This document shows positions 10,072 to 17,917 of a stretch of 38,854 nucleotides of DNA, in pieces. The notes below the pieces were generated by a model. The model was not told the origin of the DNA, ran no database searches, and worked only from the letters and a program-made list of their open reading frames with translations. The stretch spans positions 23,019 through 61,872 of the forward strand of contig JBBDIZ010000036.1 of NCBI GenBank assembly GCA_040880145.1, read 5' to 3'. The stretch comes from Simkaniaceae bacterium. Lineage in GTDB: Bacteria > Chlamydiota > Chlamydiia > Chlamydiales > JAJFMI01. Position 1 is the first letter of the stretch. Every line of letters begins with the position of its first letter. The position numbers and the translations under genes were made by a program.

Positions 10072-10880
10072 AATATAAACTTCTTTTATTAATCATTCCC
10101 CTTCTGTTTTTCTCACTCCCTAGAAAAAAAGGGTTTACCCTTAAAAAAATTTCAGGACAGCATTTCTTCGATAAGAGGTATCAAGCCCCCCTGCCACCGA
10201 ATGAAATTTTCAATCAACCCTATTATTATTTAGGAAGTGGTAAGGAGTGTTATGCCTTTGCAAGCAAAGATAATCAATATGTAATCAAATTCTTCAAACA
10301 AAAGCACATCTCTTTAAAACCCTGGCATCAATTTTTCCCCTTTCTTTTTCATGAGAAAATAAAAAAACGCATCCGATTAAGAGAAAAAACTTTTGATAGC
10401 TACATGATTGCCTATAAAGAGCTGAAAAAAGAGAGCGGAGTCTTGTATCTCCATCTCAATACGGAGCAAGGGTTCAACCAAACCCTCACTCTATTTGATC
10501 ACAAAAATCAAAAGCATAAGGTAAACCTAGCTAAAATGGAATTCCTTGTTCAGGAAAAGGCTGTTCCCTTTTTATGGGCTCTTCAAGAATCACTTGAAAA
10601 AGGAAAAAGAGAACAATCCCAAAAATTGATCCTTGCGCTCATCCTCCACATCAAGAATAGAAGGGAAAAACAAATTTCTGATAATGATCTCAATTGTAAA
10701 AGAAATTTAGGAGTTATTCAAGAAAGGATCATCAATATTGACATTGGAGAATATGAATGCAAACCCTCTGAAATCTCTTTTAAAGAAGAAGTTGCCGCCG
10801 CTGTAAGCGACTTAAAAGAGCTGCTAAAAAAGCATGAATTAGACACCTTTTTTGATGAGGCAGTCAATAGCCTCTTATAA
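10068..10880 (+). CDS. Membrane-anchored protein-kinase-like fold protein, paralog of 9250..10071
   Basis: N-terminal hydrophobic stretch; YLGSGKECYAF, DNQYVIKFFKQKH identical to neighbour, ISDNDLNCKRNLG, INIDIGEY; ATGA overlap. Confidence 0.75.
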   Translation: MKYKLLLLIIPLLFFSLPRKKGFTLKKISGQHFFDKRYQAPLPPNEIFNQPYYYLGSGKECYAFASKDNQYVIKFFKQKHISLKPWHQFFPFLFHEKIKKRIRLREKTFDSYMIAYKELKKESGVLYLHLNTEQGFNQTLTLFDHKNQKHKVNLAKMEFLVQEKAVPFLWALQESLEKGKREQSQKLILALILHIKNRREKQISDNDLNCKRNLGVIQERIINIDIGEYECKPSEISFKEEVAAAVSDLKELLKKHELDTFFDEAVNSLL

Positions 10881-11307
10881 AAAGCACACGCAATTTAATC
10901 TATTATTCGCCCTCCCGCTTTTTCTCGGTCTAGCCTTCTATTTGAATCTTTTTACATGGAATCAAGCTCTATTTTTTTCAGGAGCTTTTATTTATGGAAC
11001 CCTTTTTATGAGTCCGGACGTCGACGTTGCCAATCAAATCAAGCTTTTTTCATTTCGAGGCCTTATGACCCTTCCTTTTAGACCCTACTCCTTTTTTTTT
11101 AAACATAGAGGGCTCTCACATAAACCGATCCTTGGAACCTTAACACGTTTAATTTGGCTTTTGATTATTTTAGCTTTCTGTTTTTGGATTTTTGATAGAA
11201 GTTCTTTTATATCAATCGATGAGCTCAAAAACTATAAAACACCTATACTTTATGCAAGTTTAGGTTTTATTCTTTCAGATCTTTGCCATTTAATTCTAGA
11301 TTTCTAG
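10852..11307 (+). CDS. DUF2227-like putative metal-binding membrane protein
   Basis: N-terminal His, MSPDVD, KHRGLSHKPILGTLTRL, C-terminal HLILD; several TM segments. Confidence 0.8.
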   Translation: MMRQSIASYKKHTQFNLLFALPLFLGLAFYLNLFTWNQALFFSGAFIYGTLFMSPDVDVANQIKLFSFRGLMTLPFRPYSFFFKHRGLSHKPILGTLTRLIWLLIILAFCFWIFDRSSFISIDELKNYKTPILYASLGFILSDLCHLILDF

Positions 11308-11456
11308 CAATTTCTATCCGCGTCCCCTCAACAAAAAAATGAATACGACCCTCGTGATCGGGAGGGAAAATATCGAGATACTTTTCTGCAACTTCCGATA
11401 GAAAGTCACCTTGCATTTCCTTTGGAAGGGCATTGAGATGAGGAAGCCATTTTTTA
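11307..11456. repeat. 150-bp direct repeat, copy 1 (displaced 3' end of the 12806..13285 gene)
   Basis: 149/150 identical to 12816..12965 (single a/g difference in acaaaAaaatg vs acaaaGaaatg). Confidence 0.95.
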
Positions 11457-11468
11457 TGCATAAAAAAA

Positions 11469-11690
11469 TTAGTTGAGAAACTTTGTTTTTGCTTTTTCTA
11501 TTACTTCTAACGCCTCCTCAATCTGAAAATCCCAGCATTTTTCAGTAGGATGAGAATAAAAATGAATCATTAAGTCATCAGCCTCTTGAGAAATTTGAAC
11601 CCAATACATATTATTATAATATATTTCTGCTACTGGACGTTCTCTATGCGGAAGACTAGAAATCATTATTTCAAAATCACCAATTCTCAT
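11469..11690 (-). CDS. Small putative immunity protein of a polymorphic toxin (73 aa)
   Basis: GGGA RBS, starts 9 nt after the upstream toxin-like ORF; pattern FEIMISSLPHRE..VAEIYY....WVQISQE....EALEVIEKAK resembles immunity genes I associate with ...GFLEP-ending toxins. Confidence 0.65.
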   Translation of the reverse strand: MRIGDFEIMISSLPHRERPVAEIYYNNMYWVQISQEADDLMIHFYSHPTEKCWDFQIEEALEVIEKAKTKFLN

Positions 11691-11699
11691 ATTTTTCCC

Positions 11700-12416
11700 T
11701 TAAGGTTCTAAAAATCCTATCATTTCCCCTTCAATTGTAAATCTAGCTCTATCAAAAGCTTTTCCAGCTCTTGCAAACTTGCTTGTATCTGCAAAAGTTT
11801 TAAATACAGCTCCTGGTGGAGGAAGGAAACCCATGGCAAAATTATTCATGGGATTATTTGCTCTAGCTTCTGCTGTGAAAAATTCTGCTTGGTCTGTGGA
11901 GAAGACGCCATCAATTGCTTTATGACCCTTAGCAACCAGATTCTCATAATTTTCTATGGGGCTGACTGTCTTTTCAGAATCTGGCAGCTTAAGGCTTTCT
12001 GGTAAGAACCTATCACCTATTTCTTTTAGCTCTTCACAAAGCTGAGGAACTATTTTTGCTAAATCTGTGACTGCATCCAAAACTTCATGAGCAAAACCTG
12101 ATCCAACTTCTCTTGCTTTCTCTCCAAAGGACATTTCGTCCCATCCTTTAAATCCAGTTGCTTGCTCTGCAGCTTGATCCTCTACGAGAAATTCCTTAAA
12201 AGAAGAAATATGTTCATCTAGGGCTGCTTTTATCACAAGAACTTCATTTGTATCAACAGGAGGCATCGTTTCTTTAGGAGTTCCAGAAACAGCAGGGGAT
12301 TCTTCTTTAGATTCTGAGTTTTTTGATTCAGAATGGGCAGAATCTTCAGATTCTGAACCAGCACCAGCGGCTGCTCCAGCAGCTCCTGCCGCCGCGGCCG
12401 CTGATATCCATAAATA
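11700..12416 (-). pseudogene. 5'-truncated polymorphic-toxin-like gene fragment, probably also with an internal deletion of the toxin domain
   Basis: Frame is open upstream of ATG 12266 to 12416 (YLWISAAAAAGAAGAAAGAGSESED...) with no start or RBS; ends AGKAFDRARFTIEGEMIGFLEP*. Confidence 0.6.
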
Positions 12417-12437
12417 TTAGAATCTATTCATAGGATA

Positions 12438-12535
12438 AACGCGAGAGACGCAAGAGGCGGAAAGACGCGAGAGAAAGTAGTTAATGATTTATAATTTCTT
12501 CTCTCTGCCTCTCGCGTCTCCCCGCCTCTTGCGTT
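12438..12535. repeat. GC-rich imperfect inverted repeat built from ACGCRAGAG-like units (small dispersed repeat/MITE-like)
   Basis: Left arm 12448-12473 ACGCAAGAGGCGGAAAGACGCGAGAG; right arm 12509-12534 CTCTCGCGTCTCCCCGCCTCTTGCGT (24/26 complementary); AT-rich spacer. Confidence 0.85.
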
Positions 12536-12735
12536 AATAGTTTCTTTGTCATTATACCGAATACGACTGAACAACCTCATTCCCAGAAGGATGGAATTAT
12601 TCTTTTAATGTCTGGTGCCCTGTTTTATGTACTTCCTAGTGGAAGTTTATTATATTATTTTGATTTTTATTCGATTGCGAGTGTTGTCCTTACGAACCTG
12701 AGCTCTTATTGCTTTTAAGACTTTTGAACTCGCTG

Positions 12736-12784
12736 TATACCGAAAATGATTCAAAATTTGGAATTTTGAATCATTTTCGGTATA
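12736..12784. repeat. Palindromic TATACC...GGTATA element, copy A
   Basis: TATACCGAAAATGATTCAAAATT-TGG-AATTTTGAATCATTTTCGGTATA: 23-bp perfect arms, 21 nt downstream of the 12806 stop. Confidence 0.92.
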
Positions 12785-12805
12785 GCAGTAAAACTCACGA
12801 ACATT

Positions 12806-13285
12806 CTATTTCTCGGCAATTTCTATCCGCGTCCCCTCAACAAAGAAATGAATACGACCCTCGTGATCGGGAGGGAAAATATCGAGATACTTTTCTGCAA
12901 CTTCCGATAGAAAGTCACCTTGCATTTCCTTTGGAAGGGCATTGAGATGAGGAAGCCATTTTTTAAGAAAAAAAACAAAATCGCTTTTTGAATCGAAAAG
13001 CTCTTGAATGGTTTCTTGATTTACAGAAGTCAAATTCAGGTGCAGTTTTTTTAAGACCAGTTCAACCTTCTCCATTTCAATTTTTTTAGGTTCATATTCT
13101 GCCAAAAAATCACGCCATCTCTTTTCAGTTGAAAGAGCTTGAATTGAATTCTCTAAAGCTGCAGGAATTTTTTTAGCAAAGATGAATTCAGACCCTGGTT
13201 TGATCTGTTCGAAATCGGGATTCATGATTTCGACAAGGTTATGTCCGAATAAAGCGAAAGGTAAGATTGTCAACCACTTAATCAT
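12806..13285 (-). CDS. Hypothetical protein with signal-peptide-like N-terminus; C-terminus resembles the tail of Tam-like class I methyltransferases
   Basis: MIKWLTILPFALFG; WLPHLNALPKEMQGDFLSEVAEKYLDIFPPDHEGRIH; no SAM-binding GxGxG. Confidence 0.6.
   Translation of the reverse strand: MIKWLTILPFALFGHNLVEIMNPDFEQIKPGSEFIFAKKIPAALENSIQALSTEKRWRDFLAEYEPKKIEMEKVELVLKKLHLNLTSVNQETIQELFDSKSDFVFFLKKWLPHLNALPKEMQGDFLSEVAEKYLDIFPPDHEGRIHFFVEGTRIEIAEK
12816..12965. repeat. 150-bp direct repeat, copy 2 (within the 3' end of 12806..13285)
   Basis: 149/150 identical to 11307..11456. Confidence 0.95.
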
Positions 13286-13315
13286 TTAAAAAAAATATAA
13301 GTTGGATTAGAATAT

Positions 13316-15139
13316 TTGTCCAGAGGTGTATATGTGAATAAAAAATCATTCTTAGAATGGATCTCCCCTGTAACTGCTGAAATGTTAGCTAAAAGCTCCC
13401 TTAGACTTGGCCCTCTACTTGTTGACTCTAAAGAGATCTATTGGATTGAAGGCCGTCCGGAAGAAAAAGGCCGCTGCGCCCTAATTCAAAACGGTCATGA
13501 TCTGCTCCCAAAGTTCTCAATCCGCTCATCTGTACATGAATATGGAGGCGCTGCTTTTACGGTAAAAAATAAGGTCGTAGCTTTCATTAATGCCAGCGAT
13601 CAAAACCTTTATCTTTTCAATAAGGGCGAGATCTTGCAGGTCACAAATGATCAAAATCGCTATGCCAATCCCCTTCTCACAAATGACGCCATCTATGCAA
13701 TTGCAGAATCTCATGATGAAACAATCAAAAATTTCATCGTTCGAATTGATCGAACCACATTTAAAGCCTCCACTTTAATAGAAGGCGCTGATTTTTATGG
13801 CTCGCTCACGATTAGTCCAGATGAATCGAGCCTAGCTTTCATACAGTGGAATCACCCTCATATGCCCTGGGATGAAAGTGAAGGCATCCTCTACGACTTA
13901 TCTAAGAATCACTTAATCAAAGTCGCAGGCGGCAAAAATGAGTCGATCTGCCTTCCTAAATTTTCGCCCGATGGAGAGCTCTATTTTGTTACAGACAAAA
14001 ATGGCTACTGGAACCTTTCGAAAAAAGAAGGGCTTTTATTTGAAATGGAAGCAGAATTTGGAGAGCCTCTTTGGGTTTTGGGCGGCTCACGCTATGATTT
14101 TTGGAATGAAAAAATCGTCGCAAGCTTTACGAAAAATGGCTGTGATTTTCTCTCGCTTATCGATGATCAATTTCATCTCATCGATCTTCCTTTTACGCGC
14201 ATTCGAAATCTTCATGTCATTGGCGATGATATCGTCTTTTATGGGGCAATGATCGATCAGCCCGACAGCCTTTATCGACTCAACCTTAAATCTTACGACT
14301 ATCAAACGCTGCAATCATCCACCCCTTTAAAACTTTCCCAAAGCTCGATCTCAGTCCCTCAAGAAATCTCCTTTCCAACAAGTGGCAATCAAATAGCGCA
14401 TGGTTTTTTGTACATGCCAAAAAATGAAGACTTTGAACCGTTAGAAATGGAAAAGCCCCCTCTCATCGTGCGCTGTCACGGCGGCCCCTCCGGAAATTAC
14501 TTTCCTGCTTTTGATTTCATGATTCAGTATTGGACGACAAGAGGCTACGCCCTTTTCGATATCAATTATCGAGGAAGTACAGGTTATGGACGAGACTATA
14601 GAGAGCAACTCGCTAAAAACTGGGGAATCATCGATGTGATTGATGTCGTAAATGGCGCGAAATATTTAACCGAAAAAGGGCTTGTCGATGGCGAAAAAAT
14701 GGTGATCCGCGGCAGTAGCGCCGGAGGATTTACCGCACTTTCAGCTCTTACTTTTTATGAGGTTTTTAAAGGAGGAACAAGCCTCTATGGAGTCAGTGAT
14801 TTAGAGGCTCTTCAAAAACAGACACATAAATTTGAAGCCTTTTATAATGACAAGTTGATCGGGTCCTATCCTGAAAATCGTTCTCTTTATCAAAAACGCT
14901 CCCCCATTAACAACCTCGATAAAATCAAAACTCCCATTCTCTTTCTACAAGGCGACCGCGACCTAATTGTTCCTCCAGAACAGTCTGAAGCTCTATTCAC
15001 TGCCCTGAAAAACAAAGGAATTTCCGCTGAGTTTACCCTATATGAAGGCGAAGGGCACGGCTTCCGAAAAAGTGAAACGATTAAACAGGCAATTGAATCT
15101 GAAACAAGATTCTACTTAAAAATTTTTAACTATTCGTAA
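13316..15139 (+). CDS. S9 family (prolyl oligopeptidase/acylaminoacyl peptidase-like) serine peptidase; likely start GTG 13334
   Basis: PPLIVRCHGGP, INYRGSTGYGRDYR, GSSAGG nucleophile, LQGDRDLIVP (Asp), EGEGHGFRK (His). Confidence 0.93.
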   Translation: MSRGVYVNKKSFLEWISPVTAEMLAKSSLRLGPLLVDSKEIYWIEGRPEEKGRCALIQNGHDLLPKFSIRSSVHEYGGAAFTVKNKVVAFINASDQNLYLFNKGEILQVTNDQNRYANPLLTNDAIYAIAESHDETIKNFIVRIDRTTFKASTLIEGADFYGSLTISPDESSLAFIQWNHPHMPWDESEGILYDLSKNHLIKVAGGKNESICLPKFSPDGELYFVTDKNGYWNLSKKEGLLFEMEAEFGEPLWVLGGSRYDFWNEKIVASFTKNGCDFLSLIDDQFHLIDLPFTRIRNLHVIGDDIVFYGAMIDQPDSLYRLNLKSYDYQTLQSSTPLKLSQSSISVPQEISFPTSGNQIAHGFLYMPKNEDFEPLEMEKPPLIVRCHGGPSGNYFPAFDFMIQYWTTRGYALFDINYRGSTGYGRDYREQLAKNWGIIDVIDVVNGAKYLTEKGLVDGEKMVIRGSSAGGFTALSALTFYEVFKGGTSLYGVSDLEALQKQTHKFEAFYNDKLIGSYPENRSLYQKRSPINNLDKIKTPILFLQGDRDLIVPPEQSEALFTALKNKGISAEFTLYEGEGHGFRKSETIKQAIESETRFYLKIFNYS

Positions 15140-15170
15140 AAAAGAAAAGCTGCTAAACTACTTCATAAAT

Positions 15171-16730
15171 TTGGTGGTCTTAATGAGAAAAGCTCTTTTT
15201 TCCTTCTTTCTCTCAATTGCTCTTTTACATCCTCTTTCATCCAATGAAGAGAGTGGTCATGTCATTAATTTTCGCAATGTCCAAATTAAGGAATTCGTTC
15301 GCTTTGTCAGCCGAGTTGCCAATGTAAACTTCATTTTCGATGACGAGCTTTTAGATTTTAATGTAACCTTAGTCTCTGGAAAATCAACAACTCCCTCCGA
15401 TATCTTAGTCGCTCTTTCCAATCTTCTCCATCAACACCACTTGACCATAAGCGAAGAGGACAACTATCTAATCATTCAAAAAATGACAGAAAATGACAAA
15501 AACCGCTATTCAAACAATCGACGCCAAAACCACTCCTCAGCATTAGAAGGTTTTAACTCTTTATCATCTGAAAATGAATTTCATGTCCACAAACTTCAGT
15601 ATCACGAAGGAGATGAAATCCTCGAGGCATTAAAGCAATTTTCCCCATCGAGCACCTCAACAGACCTAGTTCAATCGATTCAATCCCTACAATGGATCAA
15701 AACCTCGAACTCCCTCCTCTTCTCCGGCGAGCCCGATACCTTGGCCCGTATGACCAATTTGATCAAAAGCCTGGACAAACCCTACAAACAAGTCTTTATC
15801 GAAGTTTTAGTAATTGAAACTGATGTCCGTAATAGTATGGATTTTGGACTTCAATGGGGAGCCTCTCAAAATTTTGGAAATCACTTAACCGCTTCAAGCG
15901 GCTTTTCAGGTGCTCAAAATGGAACCCCATCCCTCTTGAATACTCTTCAAAACGGGGGAGCTTTGACAAACGGCCGAGGCTTTGATTTAAGTGTCATTGG
16001 AGACTTGATCTTCCATAAGGGCCGCTCCTTCCTATCACTCGGCGCCCTTCTTAGCGCCCTTCAATCCGATGGGGATTCAACCATTGTGCTCAATCAAAAG
16101 ATTATCGCCCAAGATAACCGCAATGCCAAAATATTTGTCGGAAACAATATCCCCTTTGCCGGCTCCGTTATCGAAACAATTGGGGCATCACAGCAAACAA
16201 CCTCGAATATCGAATACCGTGACGTTGGAGTCTGTCTTAATATTAAACCCTTACTTGGAGAAAATGAGATTATTTCTTTAGAAATCTCTCAAGAAATCAG
16301 CGATGCCCTTCGGCTCCCCTCTCACACAAACCAGGTTAATGGAATAGAAACCACTAAAACTGAAATGCTGACAAAAGCCCACGTACCAGACAAGCACTTT
16401 TTAGTATTAAGCGGAATGGTCAGAAATAACAAAATCAATCGAGTAACCGGTGTGCCTGTTTTGAGCAAAATCCCACTAATCGGCGCGCTTTTTCGCAAGA
16501 CGACCCAAGATGATGAAAAGCGTAATTTGATAATCTTTGTACGCCCTCAAATCATTCATTCGGTTGAAGATCATAAAGCCATTACAGAAAAGCAAGAAGC
16601 TCTATGTCAAGCATTGAGTCAAAAACAAGATGTTCTTCATGCGATAAATCTTATTAAACCCTCGGAGCTGCAAAATGGACCCAACTCCAATAACCTCGCC
16701 TTTACCGCAACCTCTTCTGACCCAGAGTGA
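15171..16730 (+). CDS. Outer-membrane secretin, short CdsC/SctC-like paralog; likely start ATG 15183
   Basis: Signal peptide; N0-like INFRNVQIKEFVRFVSRVANVNFIFD; LDKPYKQVFIEVLVIET; YRDVGVCLNIKP; secretin signature GVPVLSKIPLIGALFRKT...RNLIIFVRPQII. Confidence 0.9.
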   Translation: MVVLMRKALFSFFLSIALLHPLSSNEESGHVINFRNVQIKEFVRFVSRVANVNFIFDDELLDFNVTLVSGKSTTPSDILVALSNLLHQHHLTISEEDNYLIIQKMTENDKNRYSNNRRQNHSSALEGFNSLSSENEFHVHKLQYHEGDEILEALKQFSPSSTSTDLVQSIQSLQWIKTSNSLLFSGEPDTLARMTNLIKSLDKPYKQVFIEVLVIETDVRNSMDFGLQWGASQNFGNHLTASSGFSGAQNGTPSLLNTLQNGGALTNGRGFDLSVIGDLIFHKGRSFLSLGALLSALQSDGDSTIVLNQKIIAQDNRNAKIFVGNNIPFAGSVIETIGASQQTTSNIEYRDVGVCLNIKPLLGENEIISLEISQEISDALRLPSHTNQVNGIETTKTEMLTKAHVPDKHFLVLSGMVRNNKINRVTGVPVLSKIPLIGALFRKTTQDDEKRNLIIFVRPQIIHSVEDHKAITEKQEALCQALSQKQDVLHAINLIKPSELQNGPNSNNLAFTATSSDPE

Positions 16731-16914
16731 TTTAGACCTCATCGAAAGTCCTGCATGGGAATCTTTTTTCGCTAGTTTTCCAGAAGATACCGCTATTGAA
16801 GTCAAAGCTCAGATTGCCAAACAATTCGTTCAAATGGTTTCTAAAGACCTGCAGCGTATTTTTAGAAGAGCGATCAGAAGAGCGAAAGAAATCAAAGCCT
16901 TAATGCGCCACTAG
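16675..16914 (+). CDS. Small hypothetical protein (79 aa) overlapping the secretin 3' end
   Basis: GGAG upstream of ATG; Pro/Ser/Thr-rich N-terminus and basic helical C-terminus; followed by palindrome B. Confidence 0.6.
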   Translation: MDPTPITSPLPQPLLTQSDLDLIESPAWESFFASFPEDTAIEVKAQIAKQFVQMVSKDLQRIFRRAIRRAKEIKALMRH

Positions 16915-16942
16915 AGCACTCATTGCTGTTTTAAGAGCCCGT

Positions 16943-16990
16943 TATACCGAAAATGATTCAAAATTCGGTTTTTGAATCATTTTCGGTATA
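16943..16990. repeat. Palindromic TATACC...GGTATA element, copy B (between convergent genes; possible terminator)
   Basis: TATACCGAAAATGATTCAAAA-TTCGGT-TTTTGAATCATTTTCGGTATA: 21-bp arms identical to copy A. Confidence 0.92.
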
Positions 16991-16993
16991 CGG

Positions 16994-17746
16994 TTACCCA
17001 ATGTCCTTTTGCTTATTTTCTTCACATAATTCGTTAATCCAAAGTGCTAAGCAGAGCGTTAAAATAGGTACTGAACTGAGTAATGAAGGCGTCATGCAAA
17101 TACCCACAACACTTAAAATATAAGTAAGTACTAAACAGAAAAAATAAAGTGTCATAGGGGAATAAAAATACACATAACTAGAAAAAACACGGGCACATTT
17201 ATTCATTAAACTGATGTTATTAAGTTCCTTATCCAAGTAATTATTCGCAATGTCTCTGATCCCATTAAGATGATTTTCTCTCATTTCATATATTTTTTCT
17301 CTGTAATTCTTTAATTCTGGGAAGTCCTGCTCAGATTGCTTTTCATGGCTCTTTAAATCTAAATAATCTAAATGTGGACAACAGATCGAGATCGAATACA
17401 CTTTCCACTGAAAGTGTGAGCGGAACAATGTTAAATTAATAGGATGCCCATTTTGTTCATTATCTTTAAAAGATAGATGAATAGTCCTTTTGTAAAAACT
17501 GTACTCTTGATTAATTCGATCTTCTAAAGTGCCCTCTTCTAAATTTTCAATAAAATTGAAGCTTCTTAGATATCCAAGATGTCTATTATAGATATCATTA
17601 ACTTGATCATCTTTTTCTCGATAGCCCTCTATAATATTTTTTAAACCATCATTAAAAAAGATTTCATTATCTTCATCCAACACTTCAGATTGAAAAATGG
17701 CATTTAAAGCCATTTGTCTTGAATCAAAATTTGGTACTTTGCTCAT
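16994..17746 (-). CDS. AT-rich orphan with C-terminal bilobed hydrophobic domain (Inc-like candidate effector)
   Basis: No signal peptide; ~45-aa hydrophobic hairpin with Pro hinge near the C-terminus; paralog of 18367..19230 (MSKV start, F..xFQWK, SSY). Confidence 0.7.
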   Translation of the reverse strand: MSKVPNFDSRQMALNAIFQSEVLDEDNEIFFNDGLKNIIEGYREKDDQVNDIYNRHLGYLRSFNFIENLEEGTLEDRINQEYSFYKRTIHLSFKDNEQNGHPINLTLFRSHFQWKVYSISICCPHLDYLDLKSHEKQSEQDFPELKNYREKIYEMRENHLNGIRDIANNYLDKELNNISLMNKCARVFSSYVYFYSPMTLYFFCLVLTYILSVVGICMTPSLLSSVPILTLCLALWINELCEENKQKDIG

Positions 17747-17771
17747 CTATACCCCTGATAAATTTATATAT

Positions 17772-17800
17772 ATTTTATCATTTTTTTTCAAAAAAATCAA
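17772..17800 (-). promoter_or_regulatory. Sigma70/sigma66-type promoter for 16994..17746
   Basis: Minus strand TTGATT-N17-TAAAAT with TG extension; shares TTGAAAAAAAATGATAA with the promoter at 19252..19281. Confidence 0.6.
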
Positions 17801-17887
17801 TTAAGAATAAATAAATGTGTTTTTATTTTTAAAATAATTTATACAATGTCGACTTTCTGTTAGATAGAGCTATTGAAGTCAGGGCCC

Positions 17888-17916
17888 GTATACCAAATTT
17901 GAATCATTTGGTATAC
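17888..17916. repeat. Shortened TATACC...GGTATA element, copy C
   Basis: GTATACCAAATTTGAATCATTTGGTATAC; preceded by GCCCG as in copy B; 1 nt from the 17918 stop. Confidence 0.7.
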
Positions 17917-17917
17917 A

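Noticed and set aside
11267..11461. 64-aa ORF as an independent gene
   Set aside because: It is the duplicated 3' end of 12806..13285; the ATG arises at the island junction and has no RBS.
12709..12945. 78-aa plus-strand ORF
   Set aside because: Reads through palindrome A and antisense to 12806..13285; TTG start, no recognisable motif.
15171..16730. Secretin as part of an intact T2SS (gspD) or type IV pilus locus
   Set aside because: No GspE/F ATPase, platform or pilin genes nearby; sequence blocks look more CdsC-like.
12736..16990. Palindromes as CRISPR repeats or integron attC sites
   Set aside because: Copies are 4 kb apart with no spacer array or cas genes; no RYYYAAC/GTTRRRY ends, extrahelical bases or integron integrase.
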